DNA from: Camelus ferus
Lineage: Eukaryota
DNA: 64,000 nt
Assembly (NCBI RefSeq): GCF_009834535.1
Contig: NC_045696.1
Coordinates: 105,030,001-105,094,000 of the forward strand
Reading direction: 5' to 3'
The notes beneath the pieces are model-generated. The model had not been told where the DNA came from, searched no databases, and was given only the letters and a program-made list of their open reading frames with translations. Positions within the stretch are counted from its first letter, which is position 1. Each line of letters starts with the position of its first letter. Positions 24,345 to 37,125 of this stretch are shown one piece after another. The translations under genes and the position numbers were made by a program.

Positions 24345-24650
24345 CATTTTATTTTATTTTTTGTTTTTTTAACCATTTTTAAAAATTGAAGCACAATTTA
24401 CAATGCTGTATTAGTTTCAGGTGTACAGCAAAGTGTTATACATATATGTATAACATATATATATTCTTTTTCAGATTCTTTTCCATTATAGATTATTATA
24501 GGATATTGAATATAGTTCCCTGTGCTATACAGTAGGTCCTTGTTGCTTATCTATTTTATAGATAGTAGTGTGTATATGTTAATCCCATACTTCTAATTTG
24601 TCCCTCCCCCCGTCCCACTTTCCCCTTTGGTAGCTCTAAGTTTGTGTAGG
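24345..24650 (-). mobile_element. Cetartiodactyl-type L1 3' end with TSD
   Basis: Perfect 12-bp TSD aacctaggtctt at 24333-24344 and 24651-24662. Confidence 0.92.
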
Positions 24651-24662
24651 AACCTAGGTCTT

Positions 24663-25280
24663 ATTTTTGATTCCTTCCTCTCCCTCACCTGTGAACACAC
24701 CTCTGCTTCACTCACCATTTGCTACTGTCACTTCCCTAATTAAGGCCAACCGTCACATCTCATGTCCACACTCCACACCACAGAATGAGCTTCCTCTGTT
24801 GGAAATCTGACCTCGCCTCTTCATAAACTCATTCAGTGGCTCCCCTCTTGTCTTCAGAATAAACTCCAAGCCCCTTCCGGTGTTCCACCAGGCCATGCCT
24901 TCCCCGACCCTGGCTTTCCTGTCTAGTGTGTCTCTTGCCTCTTCACCACTCCAGACCCCCACAGGCACTTGTCCTTCAACTAGAGTCAGTTAATTTCAGT
25001 TACCAAATGCACCCTGCTTTCTCCACCTCCTGAAAAGTGCAGTACTGTTTCTCGTTCGTGACACCTTTTCTCTCTCTTCGCTTAGTTAATTCCCACTCAC
25101 CCTTCAGAAACTTTGTCTTCCAAGAGGCTCTCTGTGATCCCTTGGGGACTCTTTAGCCACCCCCTCTGCTAACGAGCTCCCTATCAGAGCATTTATCACT
25201 CTGAACGGTAATTAACTATCTGCATGCGCATCTCCCCCACCAGATTACAAATTCTTTCATGGCAGGAACCGTGGCTCCCT
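24663..25280 (+). mobile_element. L2 3' region
   Basis: ttgattccttcctctccctcacc...cagtggctcccctcttgtcttcagaataaactccaag...ctcccccaccagattacaaattc. Confidence 0.75.
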
Positions 25281-26004
25281 GAGAGTTTGCATTACAACTA
25301 ACATTTTATAGATAAGCCTGAAGATTGGTGGCTGGGAGATGGCAATGCAACTGGGGTCCTGAGGACAGAAGCTTGGCATTGTTTTAAAAAGGATTCAGCC
25401 CACCCAGGACCCAAGTAATGCCCTTGAGAGTATGGCTGTTTGCCTCCACCTACATGAGTCCCTGGGGAAAGGCCGGTCTCCATGGAGAGCTGGTAATTAC
25501 AAGCAAGCCCAGAGCCTCTGGAGCCGGCACCTCTTCACCCCAGCCCAGGGACAGCGAGATGCCAGTGTTCCATTTCCAAACCCCGTGAAGGTCATGAGTC
25601 GAAGGAACACGCTCCCCAAGGGCCCGCCTTCAAACCGCAGGCAGAGACTACAGCTAGCTGTTCTCTGCCTGCGGCTGCTTTCCAAATGGCTTATAAATGT
25701 CGACATTCTTCCCCAAAGTGATCTTTTCTCTTAAAGCCTATGTGGGTAATCAGTTCTCTCCTATCCACCAACTGGAGTAAGGAATGTGTGTTTGGGAAAG
25801 TTCTTTCAGAATGACTATGCAAACAGAAGGAGCAGCTAATACCCTTCGGTGGTTGTCGCACAGACCAGAATCAATGGGGCTGTTCTCATCCACAGTGAAT
25901 GTGATGGTCTTCATGGCCCTGGTCTTACAGCCACACACACTGATCGCCGGCACAGCCACAGTGCCGTGAGCCTCTTCCAAGGTGGCAGCTTTAGAAACAG
26001 CCAA

Positions 26005-26200
26005 AATAGTAATAATACTAGCAGATCACCTCTGTGAACATTTTTATATGGCCTACATTTTCATCTTTACAACCAGCCTCTAGGCTGAGCTTTTGTATCT
26101 CCATTTTAGGGGTAGGGAAAATGAAACAGAGAGGCTGAGGAACTTCTCTGAGGTCACGTAGCCACATTCCACCTGCATTCGAACTCAGGTGAATCTTGAC
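26005..26200 (-). mobile_element. MIR SINE
   Basis: catctttacaaccagcct...ccattttagggg...aggtcacgtagc. Confidence 0.65.
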
Positions 26201-26819
26201 AGATGCACATAGCTGACGATTCTTTCCCCTTACGTGGAAATAACTCTTCCAGGTACGAGTCACTTCTGTTCTTCTGGGGTGCTCAGCACTCCACGCCACT
26301 GGCAAATGACGTACCTGGGAAGAGGCAAATGCAGCTTTGAATTCTAAACTTGTAAACTGAAACTAAAAAAGTTGTGAAATCAGAATAGGTCAAGGGTCAA
26401 AGCCATTATAACTCAAGGATACTGTCTGCCAGGCAAGAATCTGTTTCCACCCTTTTTAAGGTCTCTCTTTTCAAGAGCATCTCTGCTGTCTGGATGACAT
26501 TTATACGGAGCAAACTCCCTCATGTAAGGAGCCCCAGGGCTCCCCCGAGACAGGTAAACCAAATATTTGTGTGCCTGAAATCTCCTTCCAAGGAACACAG
26601 GCCCTCCTGTTCCTCTGATTACACTTGATGGTACAAGATAAAGTAAAAAAGAAAGCTTCGTAATGATGATGCATTCCTTCCATAAGGAATGAAAAACTCA
26701 CGGCTTCCTAATTCACAAGACAGCCGGCAACGGCCCAAGTTCATCCCAAGGTAGAGACATTATTAACATGTGATCCAGCCTAGGAGCCAGGCAGCCATGA
26801 AATGTTTCAGTTACAAAAC

Positions 26820-26853
26820 AAAAAAAGAGAAAGAAAGAAAGAAAGAAAGAAAG
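26820..26853. repeat. (AAAG)n microsatellite
   Basis: Direct reading. Confidence 0.9.
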
Positions 26854-27720
26854 TAAAAACCTACAGAACATATTGCTGGTAAAATGTTTACACTCAGTTT
26901 AACAAATTTTATAGTAATGATGCTTTAAAATGTGTTTCTCATGAATGCTTTGCAATACTGAATGCAAATAAAGAAATAATGAGTTTGGAATTGCAAACAG
27001 ATTACCTCTGCCCTGGAGCTGATGGTATCAGCATATGACCCACCCCAGCCAAACCATGAGCATGGATTTGCCATGTGACTCCAGGAAGAGCCTATAAATT
27101 GCATTTTGGCCATCTTGTCGAGTTACACAGTTACCGCTAGAATGTTCTGTATGGCAACAGACCAGACTCTTCTAACCAAAAAATATAACCAAAAATCCTA
27201 GGTATTTGGTAAGCTGGCCGTGTGAGCCCCATGGAAACAAGAAAAAACTGAGGAAAGTGATACAACTCCGAGACCAACCTCAGAATATTTGGGTTGGAAT
27301 AAATCTGAAACAGAGAGAAATGCTAGTTTTGCACAGAAGCAGCAGAGAGGTGATTTTGACCCAAAGAAACACAGCACGTCTAAGCATGATGGGGCTCGAT
27401 GCGGCAGCGAGACCCAGGGCACACCTAAACCAGCCTTTCAGGCAAGACCCTGCAGCCCCTAGGGAGCACCCGTGTCTGGGACGCTTTCTGTCCCCAGAAC
27501 CTCTGACAAGCAGAAAGGAAAAAGCTCAGTGTAATTATTTATGATAACTGAAATTCACAGTTTTCTCAGGCAAGTGTCATTCCACAGCCTGCTCAGGCCT
27601 CAGCTGCTGGCCGGTGGGGAGGGTGAGGAGGTAAAAGGGTGACCTTAGAGTGAGCAGAGAACTCTCATCGGGGTGCAGAGAACACAGCCGCTGGAATGAA
27701 GGGAGAGCCAGGGCACTAGG

Positions 27721-27813
27721 TAGGGTGATCAACATGTTCCGGTCGTAAGGAACTTTCCCCATTTTATCACTTTAAGTCCCTGTCCCAGGAAAACCCTCAG
27801 TTCCCAGCAAACC
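27721..27813 (+). mobile_element. MER81 hAT MITE, right TIR missing
   Basis: tagggtgatcaacatgttccggt...gtcccaggaaaaccctcagttcccagcaaacc. Confidence 0.75.
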
Positions 27814-28268
27814 TTAGCACCAGGGCACTCTTTTAGAGACAAGTAGAACCTGTAGCCTCAGTAGACGTTCCTGAGTTAAACCCAAGGCGAATCATGCAAA
27901 GTTCAGGAGAAAGCTGCAAAGCCTCCCCAGAGTCCGTGCTCATAATGAACGCGGAGGGCTCGCAGAAACAAAGACCAGGTGCTGGGCACCGAACGTCTGG
28001 AGGGAAAAGTGCAGGCAGCTCTGGGGCACAGGGACACACAGTCATGAACAGGAGTGGCTGGAAGAGGACAAGTCCAGGCTGGCACGCCGGCTCTCCAAAA
28101 TTCCTTGCAAGACTTGAAAACGGTGATCAGAACCTACCACATTATCTCTTACAGTTTACATATATGACAAGGGTGTTTATTTCTCCTCTCTAGTGTGGGC
28201 TGGGCACAGTCGTGTTCCATACATTTTTCTGTCCACCTCACCAAGTCCTTAATTAAAGAACTCTTCTG

Positions 28269-28581
28269 AATAGACTCACAGACATAGAAAACAACCTCAC
28301 AGTTACCAAAGGGGAAAGGGTGGCGGCAGGGAGGAGATAAATTAGGAGTTCGGGGTTTGCAGATACACACTACTATATATAGAGCAGATAAACAACAAAG
28401 ACCTACTATATAGCACAGGGAACTATATTCAATTTCTTGTAATAATATATAATGGGAAAAAATCTGAAGAAGAATATATATGTGTATGTATACGTACAAC
28501 TGAGTCACTATGCTGTAACCTGAAACTAACACAACATTGTAAATCAACTATACTTCAAAATTAATTAATTAATTAATTAAC
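28269..28581 (+). mobile_element. Cetartiodactyl-type L1 3' end with TSD and (TTAA)n tail
   Basis: TSD aaagaactcttctg (28255) / aaagaacccttctg (28582); ends cattgtaaatcaactatacttcaa. Confidence 0.92.
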
Positions 28582-28897
28582 AAAGAACCCTTCTGGGATC
28601 ATGTCGCAGGTGAGCATGCTCGGCCCAGCTATTGGAATAACATTCTGGTTCAAATTCTACTGTAATCTCCCCTGCTTTATCCCCCACCTCCACATCTCTC
28701 TTATCCAGTACTGTCCTGATGGGGGTCCTGCAGTCTCAGTGCGTTCCCTATTATACAAATAGAATTTCACAACCTGGGCAGTGATAGGTTCAGAGGTCAG
28801 AGTGGTTCCTCTAATGGGTCTGAGCGAAGGTTTCCACATCATTCATCCCTGACAGAGGCCACCATATAAAACTACTTTTTAAAAAGTGAAAAAAAAA

Positions 28898-28983
28898 TTA
28901 TTCATTTTTTAAATGGAGGTACTGGGGACTGAACCCAGGACCTAGTACATGCTAAGCATGCACTCTACCACTCTACCTCCCCC
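28898..28983 (-). mobile_element. tRNA-derived camelid SINE (vic-1-like) with damaged A box
   Basis: aatggaggtactggggactgaacccaggacc...atgctaagcatgcactctaccact. Confidence 0.85.
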
Positions 28984-29415
28984 TCTAAAAAAGGTTTTGA
29001 AACCACAAGACCCCATGTTGTTATTAATATAAGGAACAAATATTATTAATTAGTATTATTGTTAGAGATTAGAGTGGAGTTTGAGCCATTTTTCCTCTCA
29101 TACCCTCCTGCCCTTTGAGGCCCTGGCAGACAGAACATCACAAGAGATGCTAGCTAGCAAGGGACCTGTGGATGCTGCCACTAACCCCCAAGGAGCAAGA
29201 GACCCATGGACAAACAGGCCAGAGACAATGCTTTTCCTCACTGCTGTCCTGAGACTTGAAGATCACAGGCTCTGAGAAGCTGAACAGGAGAGCTGTGGTT
29301 TGGGCTGCGCCTCAAGAGGTAGACTTCACCTCATGACCCCTGCCCAAGTGGAGACTTTCAAATGCAAGTGCCCTAGTGACCGGGGGTTGGCCGGTGTGAG
29401 AAAGGAAAGGGTATG

Positions 29416-29646
29416 CAGGGCAGCTGTGTGTGGTGGTGCAGGTTGTGCACTGCACAAGAGCACTCCCTGAGGGGGCAGGCAGGAACCACAGTCTAGCCCC
29501 AGCTCTGCTCCAAAGCAAAAGGGGTACATTTGTCTTTGCACAAACATGTCATCTATTCACTAACCTATGTTTGTAACCAGCCCTGGCTCCCCAGATGGGG
29601 CATCATTTTCAAATTTACAAAGAGGCACGTTGGGTTAGTCCTGCTG
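29416..29646 (+). mobile_element. MER91-like hAT element
   Basis: gtgcaggttgtgcactgcacaag at the left end; ggggcatcattttcaaatttacaaagaggcac near the right end. Confidence 0.6.
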
Positions 29647-31499
29647 TATGTGAGCTGTACTTGTAACGTTCCTACTCTGCTTCCTGGCCAAGGGGTGTCC
29701 CTCTGAATGTTAGCAGCTCTGCTGTCCTTGGGGCAACTGAGTCAGCAGAGGGCAGGAGGAGGCCTTTTCTTCGTGGACACAGGAGGCAGGTGGGATGGGG
29801 ATGCTGTCCCTAACTGCGCCCAGCGTTGGCCCACTTCAGTCAGCCCAGGGACACCTGTCCCTGCAGGGGCGGAGGCCAGCAGAGGAGCTGAGACCTCACA
29901 ACTTCCGGCCACACAATGCATCAGCACCCGGGGGCCTGTGGGATGAGCAGTTCAGCTGTTACCCTAGAAGCCTCTAAAATGGTCAGAACAGGGTAGTAAA
30001 TAAAATCACTCCAAGTCCTCCACTGCACCCTAGGCCAAAAATTCACCCCGATTGTGTTTCCCATCTCAAATTTCAAGCCACACTGTCCAATATAGCTCAG
30101 CAAAGGAAGCCACACCACAAACACCACATGACAGCATAAAAATACCCCAAGGATAAGTTTAAAAATACCCTGAACTTGAGCTCTGTGGAGCCCTCTCCAT
30201 TATTAAATTCTACAAGAGAAATCAAAGTTCAAATCTGGAGTTCCCATCCTTTTGCAAATTAACCCCAAGAAATAAAAGACCTTCCCTCCCAGATTTGAAT
30301 TCCCCCAGTGGAGCTCCCCTAGCTGGAGTCTGAGTGTCTCCTCCAGGAGCAGCTGCTCTCTGCCTGCCTTGTCTACCCAGAATGGGTGTGTCCCTCGGCG
30401 ACAAGGAGGTCAGATTTATCCAATCCCAAATTGCTCATGTGTCCTGCTTTTCAAAGAGTTTGAAAGTCCATAGGGCCCACAAGAATATCTCAGCCACAGC
30501 CCCATCCCCACCAAATTTAGCCAAGCAACACGATGTTCCCAGGACCCACGTTTCTGCTGCCAGCCTGGGGATGAAGCAGATGCTTAGTGACATCTGGGAA
30601 AAAAGGAGTTTAGAAAAAACAAATGTGAGACAGAAAGAAAATATTTGGGGTTTCAGACTCACCAGAATTGCCGGGAAGACTGGCCTTCGCTGTAGTGCAG
30701 CCCCTGCCTCCTGGTCTACCTTGAGTTTCCATCTCCTCTGCACCCAGCCTGTGTTTATAAAACCTCCAAATTCCCATCACCTTGTCGATTCTTCTGTTCC
30801 TGCCAGTCCTGGGGCTGCCTCACATGATCAGTCCCACCTGCCCCTTCCCTGCTGTGAGCCCCAGCTGAGCGTGGGTGCCTCTGCTGTGCTCACACCCTTC
30901 TCCACTCTGGGACTGTCACCTGCATCCTGGGTATTTCCTGCCCTGCCTTGTATTCTTCCTCCGGCGCAGGCCTGGTAAAACCCGTCTATTAGGGCCTTTT
31001 CCTTGTCCCTAGTTTTTGACTCAGCTGCAGGAACACCAGGAACCGAAGCTGCTGTGAGGCTTCTGGAGAAGACCATCTCTTGGTTCCACGGGTTCCTGAA
31101 AACCTCACCTCTTCTCATCTCCCGAGGTTTCCTTCCTGCTGCCTCCTTTCCCGTGGCAGTGGGAGAGCCCGCTGGTGTTCCATCTCCTTCTGGGGCTCCC
31201 TGACTTCTTTCAGGCCAAGTTTTTAAATGTACAACCTGCCTCTTCAGGTTGCCCCTTTCCTCTCGACCATGTGTAGGGCTCGTGTTGTTTCTGGGTCCTG
31301 GTGTTTCCTTTATTTTCCTAAGTCTTTGTTTTCAGGCCCAGGTGTCTGTGGTCCTGGTCGACTCCTGGGTTGTCAGGTATGGCCCCACGCAGCAGGAGAG
31401 AAAACCAGAGTCAGAGGCAAAAGTATCCCTCACCCAAACACAGCCTGCCCGTTTTGCCACCTCCTCTTTGAGAAGCAGAAGTCCACCAGGATAAATCTT

Positions 31500-31620
31500 C
31501 TCAACAGTCATTCAAACAACAAACATCTCGGGAGGCCCTGCTCTGTGCTAGGAACTATCCTGGATGCCAGAATACGGCCAAGAACAAGGCAGACTCCCTG
31601 CCCTCCAAGGGCTCACACTC
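31500..31620 (-). mobile_element. L2 3' end
   Basis: cattcaaacaacaaacatct...ctgctctgtgctaggaact...ccctgccctccaagggctcacactc. Confidence 0.7.
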
Positions 31621-32179
31621 AGGAGCCCAGTCCACCATCCAACGTGGACCTCACTCAGCCATGACTTTCCTACCTGGCCCCCCTGGCTTCCCTCCCAAAC
31701 GTAATTCCACATGTTTTCTAACACATTTCTTCAAAACTTGTGCCAAGCACCCTCTCCCACGCGTGATAAGTATCTCATCGTGAAATTTGCCTCTATATGC
31801 TGGAATCGTTCACCCAGGGTCACTCTCATCTTTCCACTCAAATCTACGCAAACTTTCTTTAACCCATCCCAGTCTTCAAGCAGAGGTTCCCCAACTGCTT
31901 TTAGCACGAACTCTTTCCAACTAAAGCTTCCAATTCCTTTCTTAGGCATAAGATTTGTAATAATTCCATTTAATTTTTGGTACCTCAATCCAAAAAAGTG
32001 GCACACGCCTTGTATAACTGAATCCTCACACTTCTTTGTCCACTCACAGATTAAAAATTGTCTGCTTCTCTAAGGAAACCCCCACATTTCAGGTCCCTGC
32101 ATCCAGAATCCAAGTGCCAGATACTGGACTAGGTGCTGGATATGTAAAGACTTCTTACACCTGAGAAAATAGGAAGCAC

Positions 32180-32575
32180 ACATACCCATTAGGGAAATAG
32201 AAACTACTCTCCATATTTCAAGAGGGAGAGATTTATTGCAGGAGATTCAATATTTATAAAACTGATGGAAGATGTGGAAAAGCAATGATAATGGAAAACT
32301 GATGCTGGCTTTCAGGAAATGAGGAATTAAAGGAACTACCCAAAGCAGCCATCTGCCATTCCTGGGAGTAAATAAGGACTTGCCCCTTTATTTTGACTTC
32401 TAAATCACAGGCACCAGCCTCTCATTTAAAGAACTTAAACTGGAACTCTGCTGTCAAGGGACTCTAGGTAATATAGTTTCCAGACTTCCAGCCTCTGAGA
32501 TGTAGGAAAGCCTCTGAGCCTAGAAAGCCAGGGGGATGGGAGGTATTGAGTGTCAGTGGACAACTGGTGGCACAG
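32180..32575 (-). mobile_element. ERVL-type LTR (LTR33/LTR41-like), degenerate
   Basis: agaaactactctccatatttcaagagggagagatttattgcaggaga...aagggactctaggtaatatagtttccagacttccagcc. Confidence 0.55.
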
Positions 32576-32599
32576 CACGCTAGTTCTAACCAGAAGGGT

Positions 32600-33330
32600 C
32601 AAGAAAAGTCTCCTGCAGGGTAACATCAGGGGAGTCTTGAAATAAGAAAGGTGGCTGTTCCAGAGGGAGTGATGTGAATAAAAACAGAATGGCAGAGTCT
32701 CCTAAGGAATGTTAAGTTCCTCAGAGGATGGAGTGTTAGGAAATGGGTCTGGGTTGAGGCCAGACAAGGTAAGCAGACAAGATTCTGGAAGGCACAGTGT
32801 GCCGGCTAGGGACCCTGGATTTTATCTCAATAATTGAAAACCGTTGGAGGTCTTTTAAGGAAAAAAGTGACAGAATCAGTTGAGTATGTTTAAAAGATCC
32901 CTTTGTCAGTGTTGGAGAAAGTCTGAGAAGGAATAGGAGACCAATGAGAAGGCTTTGCTGTCATCCAAGTACCAGATGATGGTGACTGGAGCAGCGGTGA
33001 TGGGGGATGAGGACCAGGGGCTGGTCTGAGAGGCAATACAGAGGGGAATGACTCATGGGCTGTGGGTATGAGGGAGAGGGAAGGGTCGGCCAGGCTTCTG
33101 GCTTGAGTGATTAGAGGATGGTGAGACCATTCACTGTGGCGGGAGCTTGGGAGAAGGAGTGTGTTTAAGGAGTCAGGTAGATGGGGATTGCTGAGTTTAG
33201 TTCTGCTCAAGTTGAGTTTGAAAGGAAGGAAACGATGATACAGCAATAAGGTGTGGACCAACATCCTGCCAGAGGCCAGGCCCTCTGCTCAGGGTCAGGA
33301 GCACATGGGAATCCCTGTCTTGGAGGAGCT
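32600..33330 (-). mobile_element. L2 remnant
   Basis: ttaaaagatccctttgtcagtgttggagaa...tcatccaagtaccagatgatggtgactggagc...gagtttagttctgctcaagttgagtttga. Confidence 0.75.
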
Positions 33331-33763
33331 CTGAATTCAACCCATCCAGAGGAGCTGGACAATGAAAATCTTTGGGAATATTCAAACCTCACTTGAGGCA
33401 AATGTTTTCGACTCCCCAATATCTGCAAGTAAAGTTTCCCTGGAGACTTTCAAAAGCACACTGGAAATGGGTGCTCACTCTCGGTCCTCTGGGCCCCAGG
33501 GTAGACCAGGAATCACAGGAGGGGAGGAGAAAGCTCTTCTGCCATTTGATCTTGATGAAATCCCCAACCTCTCAGAGTTCTAGTTTATATATCAAACAAA
33601 ATGGGTTTAAGACAAAAGAACATTTTTAACTAGGCTCAGGGTGATTTAAAGATGAGTAAGACAAGGCTGAAGCCTTGAACAGCCAGTCCACTCTGTGTGG
33701 CTGAGTTGAGGGTTCACAGGGGCTAAATTAGAAGTCAGATTCTACTGAGGCACTGGTGTGGGC

Positions 33764-33866
33764 TACAGTGATCATTTGCCCACATTTTCCTCGGTTGTAG
33801 GTGTGAATCGCCCATGTCCTGGGAGCCTCTGCAGCCCAGACAACCCGGGACAACTGGTCACCTTAG
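33764..33866 (+). mobile_element. MER81 hAT MITE, degenerate
   Basis: tacagtgatca...cccatgtcctgggagcctctgcagcccagacaacccgggacaactggtcacctta. Confidence 0.65.
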
Positions 33867-34039
33867 GCAGGGAGAAGGTGCTTCTCCAGGCTTCCTCAGT
33901 GAAGTTCCCCATGAGGACTGGGGACAAGGTCTCAAAACATCCTGGAGCAATTTCAGCCACTCCCCCTAGACCTATCTACCAAACTCCTGTTAACCAGGAG
34001 AGTGAAAAATCAACTAAAGCAATGTTGAATCCACTCCTC

Positions 34040-34328
34040 AGGGAACACCCGTCTGACTGCCTCATTCATTGTGTGGTACCCCCCCCCCAACTCTTAGTCA
34101 TCTTTCTCCTGCTTCATTTAAAAACAATTTATTCCATGACATTTTTCACCTTCTGTCATACCAGGTAATGTGTGTAATTATTGTGTTTACAACTTATTGC
34201 CTGTTTCACCTACTAGAGTGTAAACTTCCTGAGGGTAAGAATCATTCATGGTCTTTGATTCTTGATAAGTCCCATTGGTCTGGAACATCATAAACACTTA
34301 ATCTACATTTGTGGACTGAATGAATGAG
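34040..34328 (+). mobile_element. L2 3' end
   Basis: cctactagagtgtaaacttcctgagggtaagaa...atttgtggactgaatgaatga. Confidence 0.8.
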
Positions 34329-34989
34329 TTAAACGTGCCCTCCATCTATAATATTTTAGACAGAACACAGACCAATCTTGACTTTTTTTTAATGCAAATG
34401 AAACTAAGGAGACATTTGCATTATTTCATATTCAAAGCCGACTGTTGACACATTTAATCTTGCTAAACTCACCAAGTGTGGCAGCTTTCTCCTGCCAGCG
34501 GGTTACATAATCTTCCAGGCACACATTGGAGGCATCAATCTAACCTTCGCGCATGGCAGCTGTGGAGTGGTAATTGCGAGGGGGTGTCTCTTAAGGGCTG
34601 GAGAAGGCAGACCATCTGCTGTAGCGTCAGGGACAGTCAGGGACGAGGATGCCCAGCCTCCCAGTGGTGCCTCGTCTGCCAATTAGCTCTCCCCACGCCA
34701 GCTGAGTGCAGGCAACAGACTCAGCTGGCCAGAGCCATGGATGAGACAGAAGGTCCCAGCATAGGGGCCCGTCAGCCCACCTGCTGCTGGATCCCACACG
34801 GGACTGGGTAGATGTCGGCATATTCTCTGTAAGTAGGGCAGGAAGCTGTTTCCCTAGTCCCATTCCACAAGCATGAGGAGGGGAAGGACTGAGATGTTTG
34901 TGGGAGCCGTCATTCGGGCTAGCATGGAGCTGCCTTGTTCCTTGAGTCTTACCTCTGTGCTTTGTACTTTGTGATGGGGATCTCAGTGT

Positions 34990-35370
34990 CTGCCATGCCT
35001 CTCTCGCAGGGGTGGAGGCAGCCTGGTGAACATGTTTCACCTTCAAATCTCTGCAAAAACCTCACCTCTTCTATGTGATCTTTACTGTCCAACTGCCAAC
35101 AAAATCAGTCACTCCTTAATCTGAGCTACTTCAGTAATGATAATAATATCAGCTGCAGCTGCCAGCATGAGTCACTGTGAAGTGCCTTACACGTGGCACT
35201 ACCCTTCCTGTCTCTCACGTCTCTGTCTTTGCTTGGTGGCAGGGTGTCTCCCCACTGACTCTCATTCCTCTGGGTCTCAGCTCCCAGAAGACAGGGCCTA
35301 TGTCTCTTCGATTCATCTCTATAGCAGCACATGGCATGTAGTGGGTGCTCAGAAAGCATTTCCTAATAAA
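34990..35370 (+). mobile_element. L2 3' end
   Basis: cagctcccagaagacagggcctatgtc...agcacatggcatgtagtgggtgctcagaaa. Confidence 0.65.
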
Positions 35371-35903
35371 ATAATAATACAGGTAAAGAGCTGGCACTGT
35401 TGGCACTGGTTGACCCAAATTGATCTCACTAATTAGGTTAATTAGGAGTATCTGGAAATTATCATGGGCTTGAATCTGCATCTACCAAGTGAACTTGCAT
35501 TTTCTTAGTTTCCTGGGATGTTACGTATCTGGGAGAATGGCCCAGCCTTCCCAGGAGGAAGGATGCTAACAGCTACTGCAGCCCCAACCCTCTGAGGCTC
35601 CTCAGTGCCCTGTGATGCCCAGGGCTGTGTGCAGAGTGGGAGTCAGGCATTCAAGGGCTGCCCACAGAAGCTGGCAGTTGGGTTAGTAGATGTACATAAT
35701 GTAGATGCTGCTGAAAGAATGTCCCAGGAAGTCCAGATCTATGTGGGAGCCCAGCTCAGGGCAGTAGGGACTCAAGCAGTGAGGATGGGAGTACACGCTG
35801 CTACATCAAGGGTGAGTTCCCTTTCCCTACATTTCCTCATCACATGCCCTGTCCACAGGGCATCAAACCATCCAAATAAGAACCAGAGGGTGCTAGGAGA
35901 GAG

Positions 35904-36555
35904 TGATATAGGTAAAACGGCAGGGCACCAGAAGATGGCCATGTCCCAGGTCCCAGGCAAGTCCCGATATGCACCCCATCAAGTGAGGATCCTTGGCTTC
36001 ATGCAGGAAAGAACTCAAGAATGAGCCACGATTGAGTACAAGTAGATTCATTCAGAGAGATACATACTCCATGGACAGAGTGTAGGCCGTTTCAGAAGGC
36101 AAGAGAAAGGCCTAGGAGTTACACATTCCATAAGCAGAATGTGGGCCATCTTACTCAGAAGGGCAAGGGTTGGGGGGAGCTGGGGGTGGAGTTGGGGAGG
36201 AGGCTCAGAGCACGGGGGCAGCTAGGAAAAATGAGATCAGCCCAGAGGTGTGGGGGCTACTAGTTTTTATGGGCTCAGTAACTTCACATGCTAACAGGTA
36301 GGGGGATTATTCCAACTCCTTTGGGGAGGGGGCTGTGGTTCCCAGGAACTGGGCCATCACCCACTTTTTGACCTTTCATGGTCAGCCTTGAAACTGTTAT
36401 GATGCCTGTGGGAGGACCATTTAGCAGCTATTGTATTTCAATGAGCGTATACTGAAGCTCAGCGTCTACCGGGAGTTGAATCTTCCACCATCTTGGTGCT
36501 AATTGCTGAGTCATTCTTTTAATGGCTGTGCCCTGCCGCCTTCCCTCCTGTCTCA
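35904..36555 (-). mobile_element. ERV1-class solo LTR
   Basis: TG...CA termini (tgatatagg...cctgtctca) with exact 4-bp TSD AGAG at 35900-35903 and 36556-36559. Confidence 0.88.
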
Positions 36556-36954
36556 AGAGGAACATTAAAAGATGAAACCTGACTGTCAGCTCTGTGAACC
36601 ATTCAGTCCTTCCCCTTCAGATGCAAGGAATGTCAGAGAATCCTCCTTTCTTCTTGTTATTGAAAATAACATCCAGCCTGGCCCACCATCAGCGCCATGA
36701 GTGGCCTGTATCCTGGGATGCTGGGAAATACTGGAAGTGGCCTGGCAGGGAGAAGGCATCTCACCTGTGCTTGGCCTGGGCTCCTGGCTGCTCTCTCTGG
36801 TGGCCAAGGTCTGGTTTCCCAGAGGAGCCAGAACAGGGGAGTACAGATGGCACCTGCTGCTCTGCTTCTTCTGGGAACCCACCTGCTCTCCAATAAGACA
36901 TGTTCCCCCACACATGGCTGGAGATGGATGCCACCACCCTGACAATAAGACTGT

Positions 36955-37125
36955 GATAATAATCATATTCATTAGCACCTACCCTGTCCTGGGCACTGCT
37001 CTAAGCATTTTATACACAGTAACTCATTGAAAACTCACCACGACCCCTGCAGATTGTATGTATTATTCAACCCATATTATAGATGATGAAACTGAGCAAT
37101 AGATGAGGTACAGAGAGGCTAAATA
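36955..37125 (-). mobile_element. MIR SINE
   Basis: cattagcacctaccctgtcctgggcactgctctaagcatttt...agatgatgaaactgag. Confidence 0.8.

Noticed and set aside
30334..30978. Longest ORF (214 aa) as a protein-coding gene
   Set aside because: GTG start, Pro/Ser/Leu-rich composition typical of chance ORFs, no recognisable domain or exon structure
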